In this document: positions 30,960-40,450 of the stretch, piece after piece
Position numbering within the stretch: the first letter of the stretch is position 1
Layout of the letters: each line of letters opens with the position of its first letter
Assembly (NCBI GenBank): GCA_965649055.1
Contig: CBFGJG010000012.1
Location: 1-46,864 of the forward strand
Length of the DNA: 46,864 nucleotides
Source of the DNA: a candidate division WOR-3 bacterium
Lineage (GTDB): Bacteria > Hydrothermota > UBA3072 > B12-G15
Direction of reading: 5' to 3'
Notes under the pieces: model-generated
What the model was told of the DNA's origin: nothing
Databases searched by the model: none
The model's input: only the letters and a program-made list of their open reading frames with translations
Program-made: the position numbers and the translations under genes

Positions 30960-31549
30960 ATACCCTTGTTTAAGAAAACATCTATAATTTTAAAATGCTT
31001 TTTCTGGTCTCCTGCAATAAAATCCCATTCCGAAGGAAAGTTTTTATAATTATCTAAACTGATATAATTTGTATAGATAATTTCATAAGTAATTCCAGGA
31101 TGCTTTATAACAACTTTCCTTAATTTCCCTTCATTATCTACAAAAAGACTACCTTTTACTCCTTCTTTTTCAAATTCAAACTCGGAAATGCTACCGGATT
31201 TGACCCATTTACATTCTATTGGGAAGGCTACCCAGTTATATGCATACAAATGTTCAAGCTCAAGGAACGAAGCATCCCTTTCAACCCTTAAAGGATTATA
31301 TTTAATCTTATAAAATCTGTTATCTTTCATTATATAATAATATGAAAATTTTAAGATTCCGTTTTCCATTCTAACAACATTGATTCTGTAAGAATTGTAT
31401 CCTCTTGCCCAGTAATAACCATATCTTGTAGAATCATCTGCTAAAACTGTGTATGCAAGGTCACGCACATTTGAAAGAAATTCCTGATATCGTTTTTCTA
31501 AAACAATATCAGGATTTGCATTTGAGAGAAAAATCATTAAAGTTATCAT
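30914..31549 (-). CDS. Exported hypothetical protein, possible LolA-like fold, with C-terminal CGPC
   Basis: Hydrophobic N-terminus; alternating beta-strand pattern; ends NKGMCGPCTFKIP. Confidence 0.55.
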   Translation of the reverse strand: MITLMIFLSNANPDIVLEKRYQEFLSNVRDLAYTVLADDSTRYGYYWARGYNSYRINVVRMENGILKFSYYYIMKDNRFYKIKYNPLRVERDASFLELEHLYAYNWVAFPIECKWVKSGSISEFEFEKEGVKGSLFVDNEGKLRKVVIKHPGITYEIIYTNYISLDNYKNFPSEWDFIAGDQKKHFKIIDVFLNKGMCGPCTFKIPQESEE

Positions 31550-31555
31550 ATTTTT

Positions 31556-31583
31556 ATTTTATAACATTAATTTTATATGTCAA
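31556..31583 (-). promoter_or_regulatory. Sigma70 promoter with leaderless geometry
   Basis: TTGACA (31583-31578), 16-nt spacer, TAAAAT (31561-31556), 6 nt, ATG 31549; no Shine-Dalgarno sequence. Confidence 0.6.
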
Positions 31584-31702
31584 GTCTTTAATGAAAAAAA
31601 TGTGAAAAAGTAAAGTCTTTTGTGATTCAATTGACCTTTATGATTTATTATAAATTAGAAAGCTCACTTCCCGGGCACCTGAAACCAGAAAGCAAACAAG
31701 TG

Positions 31703-31734
31703 TGCAAAAATTGCATGGTTTTGAAAAATTTGCA
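31703..31734. promoter_or_regulatory. Tandem palindromic operator-like sites
   Basis: TGCA-AAAAT-TGCA (31703-31715) and TGAA-AAATT-TGCA (31722-31734), upstream of the S8 protease gene. Confidence 0.4.
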
Positions 31735-31821
31735 TACTATTAAAAAATTAAGATATTGAAAATCAATACAAAAAATTGGGAACGAAATTTTTATATATTA
31801 TAAATAAAAATGGAGGTATTT

Positions 31822-34800
31822 ATGGTTTTACTGGTTTTTGTTTTTGGTGTAACAAGGAATAATTTTGATTTCAGGGATTATTTTTTCCCTGAGGAAGCAG
31901 GAGAAGATTATTCCTTCTTCTCTGATTTCACTATTTATAAGGGTTTTTATGAGGCTTCGGGTGGTTTTGAGATTAGGTTTTCAAATGGAATAAGTTTTGA
32001 CCCGAAGGTTTCAAGGCCAGGCATACCAGATGCTTTGAGGTTAAAAAAGGATACCGATTATATGCTTGTTCAATTCTATGGTCCTATAAGGGAAGACTGG
32101 TCCAATACATTAAAAAAGTATGCTGAACTTATTGATTACTTCCACAATTATACCTATCTTGTGAAGGTTAGAAATTCATCCTACAAAAATATCCTTGATA
32201 AACTTCCTTATGTTCGATGGGCTGGATACTATGAACCTGTTATGAAGGTTCAAGGTTTTCTTGTAAAGGCGGTTGAGGATGATATTAAAGGTGAGGTTGA
32301 GGTAACTATAAGGCTTTTTGATGATGGTAATTTGGGTATTGTTGAGAAAACAATAAGGGAAAATAATGGTAAGATAATAATCTCCTATGGTGGAAGGAAT
32401 AAAATAATAAATGCTATCATTCCATATAACATAATTCCAATGCTTGCTGAACTTGAAGATGTTGCTGCTGTAACTGGTGAAAGATTTCATAAATATGCTT
32501 ACAATGATTCTGCGCAATTCACATTGCAGACAAAAACCTGGCAATCAAGAAGGGTTTGGGATAAAGGTATTACCGGTGCAAATACAACAAGGTTGAGCTG
32601 GTGTGATACTGGATTAAGGACTACACATAATATGTTCAGGGACCCGTCTTATTCCTATACAACATTTGACACAATACCCAATCACAGAAAGATATATGCA
32701 TACCTTAATAATGCTGCTGACTGGGGTGGAAGTTATCCTGATTCAGTTGGATTTGGTGATCAGGATGGTCACGGGACACATACTGGTGGGACAATTGGTG
32801 GGAATGATGCACCTGTTGGTGGAACTTCCACTCGTGATGGGATGTCAAAGGATGCAAAGATAATACATGTTGATTGTGTAGGTTCAAGTGGAACTATGTT
32901 TATTCTGAATGATGCTTATAATCTATTTGATAAGGTTTACTGGCTTGGTAGTAACATTATGTCAAATTCATGGGGTTCAGCACCACAATCACCAACAGCA
33001 GATGATACTGTTCATATTGGTAATTATCTTACATTCTCAAGGAGTGCTGATATGTATATGTGGGAACATAAAGACTTCCTTAACTTCCATTCAGCAGGGA
33101 ATAATGGAGCCAGTAGTATTTCAGGTGCAAATAGGTGTGCAACAGAGGGATGTTCTAAGAATGGAGTTACTGTTGGTGCAGTTGGGTATTGGAGGTCAAC
33201 ATCACAAGATTATTCAAGGAGTTTACAGAATTATTCTGCAAAAGGGACTGATGATGGCAGATTTAAACCAGACCTTGTTGGTATAGGGACACTTATTTCT
33301 TCTTACAACACAGGTGATGCAAGTTATGTAAGTTCCCAAGGGACCTCTATGGCCTGTCCATCTCTTGCAGGTATTGCAGGGCTTGTCTGGGAATATATAT
33401 ATCGTGGATGGTATCCAACCGGGACACAGGTTACTTCTAATGGCTGGAAACCTTCCGCTGCTCTTATAAAATCAATCCTTGTAAATTCAGCTATGCTTGA
33501 TATAACTAATTACACAAATGGTCCTACACAGCAGGCAGGTTTTGGAAGGCCGTGTCTTGATTCTGTTTTGTATTTTACGGGAGATGCTTCAAAACTCGGG
33601 ATTGTTGATGATTCTATAGGACTTGTAACAGGGGATGTTGCCGAATATAGATTCAATGTTGGCTCAAATACATCTTCTTTGAAGGTATCACTTGTCTGGA
33701 CCGATTATCCTGCAAATGAGAATGCAAATCCAACACTTGTTAATAACCTTAATCTTTCAGTTATAGACCCATCTAATAATGAATATAAGGGAAATGTATT
33801 CTCAGGTGGTGTATCGGTAACAGGAGGTTCTTACGACACGTTGAATAATGTTGAGATAGTCTTAAGAAATTCACCTGCAACAGGTGTATGGAAGGTTCGC
33901 ATAATTGCACAGAATGTTCCATTTGGACCACAGCCTTATGCACTTGTTGTGAGGTATTCAAAGACATCTGCAACTGGTGTTGTATTCCTTGATAAACCTG
34001 TTTATTCAAGATTTGATACTGTTTTTGTTCGTGTCGAGGATTCATCTGTAACAACACCAGTAACAGTAAAACTTTTTACAAAGATGATGACAGATACAGA
34101 GACAGTAACACTCTCAGGTTCTAACTGGGTTTATAAAGGTTCAATACCTATTGGTTGGGGATCACCCGGAAGGTATAATGGTAAGATAGATGTATATGAT
34201 GGTGATACTATATTTGCACAGTATACTGATCCAAATCCATCCGGGACTTCAATGACCTATGCTATTGTCCAGGCAAATAATTATTTTGTTATATCAAATG
34301 TTCGCGCAGATACTGTTGGTGGTTTTACAGCAGTAATTAAATGGAAGACAACAAGGGACGCTGATTCAAAGATATATTTTGGAACAAACCCAACAGACCT
34401 GAATCTTAAGGATTCGTCTTTGACATTAACAAAGGAGCACAGGATAGAACTGAAAGGTCTAACACCTAATATGCTCTATTATTTTGATGTTGAATCGAAG
34501 GATTTCAGGGGGAACAAAGTTAAGGATGATAATGGTGGTGCACATTATTCATTCACAACAGGTGTAGGTGGTGCTGATATACTTGTGATTGAGACAAAGG
34601 ATAATTTCGAAGGGTTTGTTCCTGGTGCACATCCTAAATTCATTTCTGATGCAATTATTCAATCAGGCTGGTCATATGACTGGCTTATAACATTAGACCC
34701 TTCAACACAATTTTCAAGAAACCTTTTGAAACAATATAAGGCTGTAATTGTATGGCCATCCATGGGAGAAAATTATCCACCTTTATCAGATGCACAGAGG

Positions 34801-36585
34801 GATACGATTAAGAATTATCTTGAAAATGGTGGTAGAATCCTTTATTCAGGTCATGATTTTGGCTGGGCATTCTGCGACCCTAATAGTAATCCATACTATT
34901 CTGCTGCAAGAAAGACATGGTATGAGAACTATTGTATGGCAGTATATAAGTATGACTTAACAGCAAAAGGTAATTTCAATCTATATGGTTATTCTGGTGA
35001 CCCAATATCAGATGGATATGCTTCAACACCTGCACCATATGATCCTTATAGGGAAGGTGCATCAGGGGATTCAATGTCACCACAGAATAATGTTTCATGG
35101 TCAAATGGTTCCGGGACAGGTGTATGGAAATGGAATTCAACAACAGGTGGTAGGGTTGGTATAAGATGGGAATCAACAGATCCAGTTGGGACATCCGGTG
35201 ATGGTGTATGGGGTGGTTATAGAACAAGGGTCTGTAATTCTGCATTTGAGATAATGCAGATAGATACTGCACATGACCCTTCAGCCACAAGGGTTGATTT
35301 TATTAATAAACATCTGATATGGCTTATAGGTCATAACCATCCTATTGTTAATATAACAAGCCCTGTTGGTGGTAATACATATACAACAAATACGATAAGT
35401 ATCGCATGGACTGCATCTGCTGATAATGGGAATGGTGCTTCGCTTGATTCTATCTTCATTTATTATTCACCAAATTCGGGTCAGTCATGGTATCTTATTG
35501 TTAAGAACACTGCATCTTCTTTGACTTCTCCATATAACTGGGATATAACAGGACTTACAAATGGGAATAAGTACAGGGTGATGATTATTGCAAAGGATAA
35601 AGATGTTTATCCTTCTTTAACAGGAAGGGCAATAACAGGTGATTTTACGATAAATAGAACAGGTGGAGACCTAACAGGTCCTTATGTAATTGCGGGAAGT
35701 ATAAGGTTTTCACAAAATCCAGTCACTCAGGGTAATGGATTCACTCTTTATGCAACTATATCTGATTCCGGGTGTGGGAACTCAAATGTTTATGCTGCTG
35801 AATGGTCAAGGGGTGAAACACCTGCAAACCCTGGTTCTGGAACAGCAATGTCTGCGCAGGATGGTAGTTTTAACTCTGTTGTAGAGAATGTTATTGCAAC
35901 GATAACAACAACAGGATGGGCTTATGGTGACCATAAAATCTGGGTAAGGGGTGCTGATAATACTGCAAAGGCCCCAAGATGGGGAAATCCTTCTTATAAT
36001 GTTATTACGATTCAGGGTGGTATTCTTGCAACAGAGATAACAAACTTTATTGCATATTCAACAAGGAATGGTGTTGAGATAAAATGGAGAAGTAATGTTG
36101 AATACATAACAAGTTTTGAGATAGAGAAATCATCGGGGAATGATAATTTTGAAAGGATAATAGTGCTTCCATTTTCTAAAGAATGCCATTTCATTGATAA
36201 GGATGTTAAAGAAGGAAATATTTATACTTACAGACTTGTTGCGAATATGAATGATGGAAGGAGAAAGATTTACGACCCTTACAATGTCCTTGTGCTTTAT
36301 ACACCAATACCTGATGTTTATGGGTTGAATATAACAAAGAATATAAAAGATAAAGTGATGATGGAATATCAGATACCTGAGAAGACATTTGTGAGTATAA
36401 AGATTTATTCTCTGACAGGTTCCCTTGTTAGAACGATTGTTAATGAAGAAAAAGAAGCTGGTTATTACAATATTATCTGGGATGGTAGAAATAATAAGAA
36501 TGAGAATATCGGGAATGGAATTTATTTCATAAGGATGGAAACTGGAAGATTTAAGAAGTCAGAGAAGATTTTGTTCCTGAGATAG
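31822..36585 (+). CDS. Secreted S8 subtilisin-like serine protease (KP-43-like) with FN3-like, GATase-like, Ig-like and C-terminal FlgD/T9SS-like domains
   Basis: Catalytic triad CDTG, HGTH, GTSMACP; oxyanion SAGN; LKVSLVWTDYP...LVNNLNL; C-terminus IYSLTGSLVRT...WDGRN...GIYFIRM. ATG 31822 follows GGAGGT (alternative start 31810). Confidence 0.92.
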   Translation: MVLLVFVFGVTRNNFDFRDYFFPEEAGEDYSFFSDFTIYKGFYEASGGFEIRFSNGISFDPKVSRPGIPDALRLKKDTDYMLVQFYGPIREDWSNTLKKYAELIDYFHNYTYLVKVRNSSYKNILDKLPYVRWAGYYEPVMKVQGFLVKAVEDDIKGEVEVTIRLFDDGNLGIVEKTIRENNGKIIISYGGRNKIINAIIPYNIIPMLAELEDVAAVTGERFHKYAYNDSAQFTLQTKTWQSRRVWDKGITGANTTRLSWCDTGLRTTHNMFRDPSYSYTTFDTIPNHRKIYAYLNNAADWGGSYPDSVGFGDQDGHGTHTGGTIGGNDAPVGGTSTRDGMSKDAKIIHVDCVGSSGTMFILNDAYNLFDKVYWLGSNIMSNSWGSAPQSPTADDTVHIGNYLTFSRSADMYMWEHKDFLNFHSAGNNGASSISGANRCATEGCSKNGVTVGAVGYWRSTSQDYSRSLQNYSAKGTDDGRFKPDLVGIGTLISSYNTGDASYVSSQGTSMACPSLAGIAGLVWEYIYRGWYPTGTQVTSNGWKPSAALIKSILVNSAMLDITNYTNGPTQQAGFGRPCLDSVLYFTGDASKLGIVDDSIGLVTGDVAEYRFNVGSNTSSLKVSLVWTDYPANENANPTLVNNLNLSVIDPSNNEYKGNVFSGGVSVTGGSYDTLNNVEIVLRNSPATGVWKVRIIAQNVPFGPQPYALVVRYSKTSATGVVFLDKPVYSRFDTVFVRVEDSSVTTPVTVKLFTKMMTDTETVTLSGSNWVYKGSIPIGWGSPGRYNGKIDVYDGDTIFAQYTDPNPSGTSMTYAIVQANNYFVISNVRADTVGGFTAVIKWKTTRDADSKIYFGTNPTDLNLKDSSLTLTKEHRIELKGLTPNMLYYFDVESKDFRGNKVKDDNGGAHYSFTTGVGGADILVIETKDNFEGFVPGAHPKFISDAIIQSGWSYDWLITLDPSTQFSRNLLKQYKAVIVWPSMGENYPPLSDAQRDTIKNYLENGGRILYSGHDFGWAFCDPNSNPYYSAARKTWYENYCMAVYKYDLTAKGNFNLYGYSGDPISDGYASTPAPYDPYREGASGDSMSPQNNVSWSNGSGTGVWKWNSTTGGRVGIRWESTDPVGTSGDGVWGGYRTRVCNSAFEIMQIDTAHDPSATRVDFINKHLIWLIGHNHPIVNITSPVGGNTYTTNTISIAWTASADNGNGASLDSIFIYYSPNSGQSWYLIVKNTASSLTSPYNWDITGLTNGNKYRVMIIAKDKDVYPSLTGRAITGDFTINRTGGDLTGPYVIAGSIRFSQNPVTQGNGFTLYATISDSGCGNSNVYAAEWSRGETPANPGSGTAMSAQDGSFNSVVENVIATITTTGWAYGDHKIWVRGADNTAKAPRWGNPSYNVITIQGGILATEITNFIAYSTRNGVEIKWRSNVEYITSFEIEKSSGNDNFERIIVLPFSKECHFIDKDVKEGNIYTYRLVANMNDGRRKIYDPYNVLVLYTPIPDVYGLNITKNIKDKVMMEYQIPEKTFVSIKIYSLTGSLVRTIVNEEKEAGYYNIIWDGRNNKNENIGNGIYFIRMETGRFKKSEKILFLR

Positions 36586-36606
36586 CATTTTAGGATTTTA
36601 GATTTC

Positions 36607-36645
36607 AAGGGAAGGGTTATTAAAAAATCCTTCCCTTTTTTATTT
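36607..36645 (+). terminator. Rho-independent terminator
   Basis: Stem AAGGGAAGG (36607-36615) pairs with CCTTCCCTT (36629-36637), followed by a T-run. Confidence 0.75.
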
Positions 36646-36676
36646 TCTGATTTATATTTTTAAAAAAGGAGCTTTT

Positions 36677-37033
36677 ATGCTTTTTTTATATATTTTACTT
36701 GGTCTTTTATCCGGGATAATAAGTGGACTAATCGGTATTGGTGGTGGAATAATAATTATCCCTGCATTGATTTATATCTTCGGTCTCTCACAACATATGG
36801 CTCAGGGGACAACACTTGCACTTATGGTTCCACCAATTGGATTGCTTGCAGCTATGGAGTATTATAAGAAAGGATTTGTGAATCTAAAAATAGCTGCATT
36901 CGTATGTTTAGGATTTTTTATTGGTGGTCTTATCGGGGCAAAGATAGCGACGAATATAAGCCCAAATATTTTAAAGAAAATATTTGGTGCTGCATTGCTT
37001 TTAATATCACTGAAGATGCTTATAGAAAGATAG
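36677..37033 (+). CDS. Half-size TauE/SafE (TSUP) family membrane protein
   Basis: SGLIGIGGGIIIIP, QHMAQGTTLA, LKKIFG; about four hydrophobic helices. Confidence 0.88.
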   Translation: MLFLYILLGLLSGIISGLIGIGGGIIIIPALIYIFGLSQHMAQGTTLALMVPPIGLLAAMEYYKKGFVNLKIAAFVCLGFFIGGLIGAKIATNISPNILKKIFGAALLLISLKMLIER

Positions 37034-37034
37034 A

Positions 37035-37994
37035 TTAAACACTGAATCTTATATAGATTACATCACCATCCTGAACTATGTATTCTTTACCTTCTGTCTT
37101 ATAGCACCCACCTTCCCTTGCCTTTTTCTCATCCCCGAATCTCTTTAAATCTTCAATATTTATAACACTTGCCCTTACAAATCCCTTTTCCATATCTGAA
37201 TGTATTATACCTGCTGCTTTTAAGACATTTTCACCTTTCCTTATGAAATATGCCTTCACTTCATTTTTATTTGCAGTATAGAATGTAATCAGTTTTAATA
37301 ATTCTTTTGTATATCCAATAATCTTTTCTCTTAATGGCTCTTTTATTCCGAACATATTTTTAAATTCTTCCTGTTCTTTCTCTTCAAGTTCTGACATCTC
37401 TTTCTGTAATTCACATTTTGAAAAAATGATTTTTATACCTTCGTATACATCCTCGCTTTCTTCGTCATTTTCGGAGATATTCCCGATACATATCAAAGGT
37501 TTTGTAGAAAGGAAAGAGAAACCTTTAAGATAAAAAGGTATCTCGCCAAATTCAGAGAGTCTTTTACCTTTTTCAAGATGTTCTTTCATATCTTTTAATA
37601 TCTTTGGCTCATTCTCGTGGAGTTTGTCGTGTGATTTTTCAAGTTTCTTTTGCCTATTCTCAATCACCGAAATATCATTAATAATCATATCATCGATGAA
37701 TGATTTAAATTTTTCAAGTCCTGCACCTTCAAAAATCGGGAGGACATAAAGGAATATATCGGAATTTCTAATTGTAAGATTATTGAAATCTATTTTTTCA
37801 GTATCTATAAATTCAATATGGATATTTGTCTTTTTTGACTCAGGATAATGTGAATGTAAAAAATCAAGGTTTTTATCCGGGATTATGACAATGCCTTTCC
37901 TTTCTCTATGTTCCGGCTTTGTTTTCCCAACAATTGCATCAAAAACAGTGCTTTTACCAGATTGTTTTTCACCAAGGATTGCTATGTTTATCAA
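37035..37994 (-). CDS. Divergent YchF-like protein with C-terminal TGS (DUF933) domain
   Basis: C-terminal AAGIIHSDMEKGFVRA...EGKEYIVQDGDVIYIRF is YchF-like. P-loop GEKQSGKST; switch motifs degenerate. Confidence 0.8.
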   Translation of the reverse strand: MINIAILGEKQSGKSTVFDAIVGKTKPEHRERKGIVIIPDKNLDFLHSHYPESKKTNIHIEFIDTEKIDFNNLTIRNSDIFLYVLPIFEGAGLEKFKSFIDDMIINDISVIENRQKKLEKSHDKLHENEPKILKDMKEHLEKGKRLSEFGEIPFYLKGFSFLSTKPLICIGNISENDEESEDVYEGIKIIFSKCELQKEMSELEEKEQEEFKNMFGIKEPLREKIIGYTKELLKLITFYTANKNEVKAYFIRKGENVLKAAGIIHSDMEKGFVRASVINIEDLKRFGDEKKAREGGCYKTEGKEYIVQDGDVIYIRFSV

Positions 37995-39049
37995 ATTATA
38001 AAATCCTCCCTGTCTTTTATTCTTAATATAGCCTCTGTTAAAAGTTTTATTGCTAAATCTACATCATCAGGGTGTATCATCTCAACAGGTGTATGCATAT
38101 ATCTATTGGGAATTCCAATTATCGCAGTTGCAACACCACCCCTTGTAAGCTGCATCACATTTGCATCTGTTCCTGTTCTTCCGGGTGCTGCCATTATCTG
38201 TATTTTTATCTTCTCTTCCTTTGCAGTATTAACAAGCAGTTCAAATAATTTTGGATTAATATTAGGACCCCTTAAAACAACAGGACCTTCACCAAGTTTT
38301 ATATCACCTAATACCCTTTTATTCACATCAGGATGGTCAGATGTGAATTCAACATCTATTGCAAAACCAATATCAGGATTTATGTGATATGTTGATGTCG
38401 CTGCACCCCTCAATCCTACCTCTTCCTGGACAGTTGCAACTGCATATACAGCGGATTTAACCTTTTTATGTTTCAGTGAGATTAATGTCTCTGCGGCAAC
38501 AAATGCACCTATTCTATCATCAAATCCCCTTGCAATGAATGGACCTGTTTTCAATTCTTCAAAATAACAATCTATTGTCGCAACATCTCCAATAGAGACT
38601 AACTCACTTGCTTCTTTCCTGTTTTTTGCACCTATATCTATCCACATATTTTCGAATTTTGCAACCTTATTTTTCTCTTCTTCTTCAAGAAAGTGGATTG
38701 CCTTTCTTCCAATCACACCTAAAATACTACCATTCTTTGTCCATATCTTAACCCTTGAACCTGGAAGTATGTGCCTATCGTATCCTCCAACTGACCTGAA
38801 GAATAGAAAGCCATTATCATCAATATAGTTTATCATAAGACCTATCTCGTCACAATGACCTGCAAGCATTATCTTTGGTTTTTTATCTTCATTTATAACA
38901 GCAATACTATTTCCGTGAAGGTCTCCATAAATATGCTGTGCAATTCCTTTTAGTCTTTTTTTCCAGATATTTGAAACAGGTGTTTCATATCCGGAAGGGC
39001 TCGGGTTATCGACGAGTTCTTTTAAAAAATGCTTTTGCTCTTTATCCAT
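37991..39049 (-). CDS. M42 family aminopeptidase (TET-like)
   Basis: SPSGYE, GHCDEIG, FDDRIG, QEEVGLRGA, GTDA, RYMHTPVE. Confidence 0.95.
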   Translation of the reverse strand: MDKEQKHFLKELVDNPSPSGYETPVSNIWKKRLKGIAQHIYGDLHGNSIAVINEDKKPKIMLAGHCDEIGLMINYIDDNGFLFFRSVGGYDRHILPGSRVKIWTKNGSILGVIGRKAIHFLEEEEKNKVAKFENMWIDIGAKNRKEASELVSIGDVATIDCYFEELKTGPFIARGFDDRIGAFVAAETLISLKHKKVKSAVYAVATVQEEVGLRGAATSTYHINPDIGFAIDVEFTSDHPDVNKRVLGDIKLGEGPVVLRGPNINPKLFELLVNTAKEEKIKIQIMAAPGRTGTDANVMQLTRGGVATAIIGIPNRYMHTPVEMIHPDDVDLAIKLLTEAILRIKDREDFII

Positions 39050-40185
39050 TATTTCTCCTTTCTTAATATTTTAAGGACTTTCTCAGAGTCCTCTTTCTTT
39101 ACAAATATCTGTATTTCCCTGCCAATACTTGAAATCTCAACTATACTTATATTCTCCTTCCTTAATTCCTCAAGGATTGAACTTATTAAACCTGGTCTAT
39201 CAACAGGAACCTCTTTTCTTAAGACAATCATTGAGATTCCATCTTTGCTTGTTATTTCCAATTTTATGCTTTTCATTATTTTTTCTATCATTGATTTTAA
39301 ATCTTTTGTTGGAATGTATAAACCAATAAAATCAACACCTGTTATTATTGAAAAAATTTTTGAACCTTTTATTATATCATATATGTCCCAGATATTACTA
39401 ATCAGATCTTCTTTATGCAATGTGATTAGAGATACATCTCCTTTAAATAAGAATATTTCCCTTTTTACTTCTCCAAATATACCTGTTCCTTCATATTCGA
39501 GATTACCGAATTTGTAGTGGATAATCTTTGATTTTTGATTTTTATCCTTGAATCTCAATGCTTCTTCGTGCATCACCCTTGCACCAAAACTTGATAGTGT
39601 CATAAGTTTATCCGCACTTATCTCTTTTATCTTTTCAGCAGGAAATAGGTTCGGGTCTGTGTTGAATACACCTTCAACATCTGTAACAATAATCACTTCA
39701 TCTGCATTGAAAAGTTTTCCAAGCATAAAAGCAGAAGTATCTGAGCCACCTCGCCCGAGTGTTATCAGTTTACCCTTATCATCAATTGCTATAAATCCAG
39801 GAAAAACAAAAACCTGAATATCTTTAAAATCTTCAAGTATCTTCAATGCTGATTCCATGGAAGGTTCGATAATCTCCATATCTTTTACAAACAGAGGCCA
39901 GTAAGGAGAATATGGTTCTATAAGTTGAGTCTTTACACCTTTTGAAAGGAGTCCATAATAGAAAAGTCTTGCACTTTTTATCTCTCCTAAAGAAATAAAT
40001 TCTGGTTCTTCTCTTGCACCCACACCTTTTATAAGAGAAAGAAGTATATCCGTATCATCATCCATTGCAGATACAACCACGATTATCTTCTCATTTTTTT
40101 TCGAATATTCTATAACTGAATTTATAGCAGTGTTAACACGCTCAATATCACCAAGTGATGTTCCACCAAATTTAACGACCTTCAT
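39049..40185 (-). CDS. lysC: Aspartate kinase with C-terminal ACT domain
   Basis: VVKFGGTS, VVVSAM, TLGRGGSDTSA, TDVEGVFNTDP, GARVMH. Confidence 0.88.
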   Translation of the reverse strand: MKVVKFGGTSLGDIERVNTAINSVIEYSKKNEKIIVVVSAMDDDTDILLSLIKGVGAREEPEFISLGEIKSARLFYYGLLSKGVKTQLIEPYSPYWPLFVKDMEIIEPSMESALKILEDFKDIQVFVFPGFIAIDDKGKLITLGRGGSDTSAFMLGKLFNADEVIIVTDVEGVFNTDPNLFPAEKIKEISADKLMTLSSFGARVMHEEALRFKDKNQKSKIIHYKFGNLEYEGTGIFGEVKREIFLFKGDVSLITLHKEDLISNIWDIYDIIKGSKIFSIITGVDFIGLYIPTKDLKSMIEKIMKSIKLEITSKDGISMIVLRKEVPVDRPGLISSILEELRKENISIVEISSIGREIQIFVKKEDSEKVLKILRKEK

Positions 40186-40448
40186 TTGTATTCAGGATTT
40201 GAGAGGACCTTTTTAATAGCAGATAAAACCTGCACCAAAACCTGTGCCCTTATATGGTCAGAGGACAATTTTACTTCTGTTAATATATGTCCTTTATCAT
40301 GCACTACATACATAGGTTTTAGATTATTTAAAGCAAGTGCCATAACATCCATCAGTATCCTCTCATTATCTTTGTATTCTTTGTATTTCTTCAATTGTTC
40401 CCTTGCAATTTCCTCAACATAGTCCTCAAGATAATTTTTTATATACAT
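40182..40448 (-). CDS. ComFB-family protein
   Basis: KNYLEDYV...DVMALALNNLKPMYVV...AIKKVLSNP matches the ComFB pattern. Confidence 0.8.
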   Translation of the reverse strand: MYIKNYLEDYVEEIAREQLKKYKEYKDNERILMDVMALALNNLKPMYVVHDKGHILTEVKLSSDHIRAQVLVQVLSAIKKVLSNPEYK

Positions 40449-40450
40449 TC

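Noticed and set aside
31660..31715. GGGCACCTG...GTGCAA resembling the pseudoknot core of a c-di-GMP-II riboswitch
   Set aside because: I could not find the P1/P2 stems, kink-turn or conserved 3' segment. An Infernal search against Rfam would settle it.
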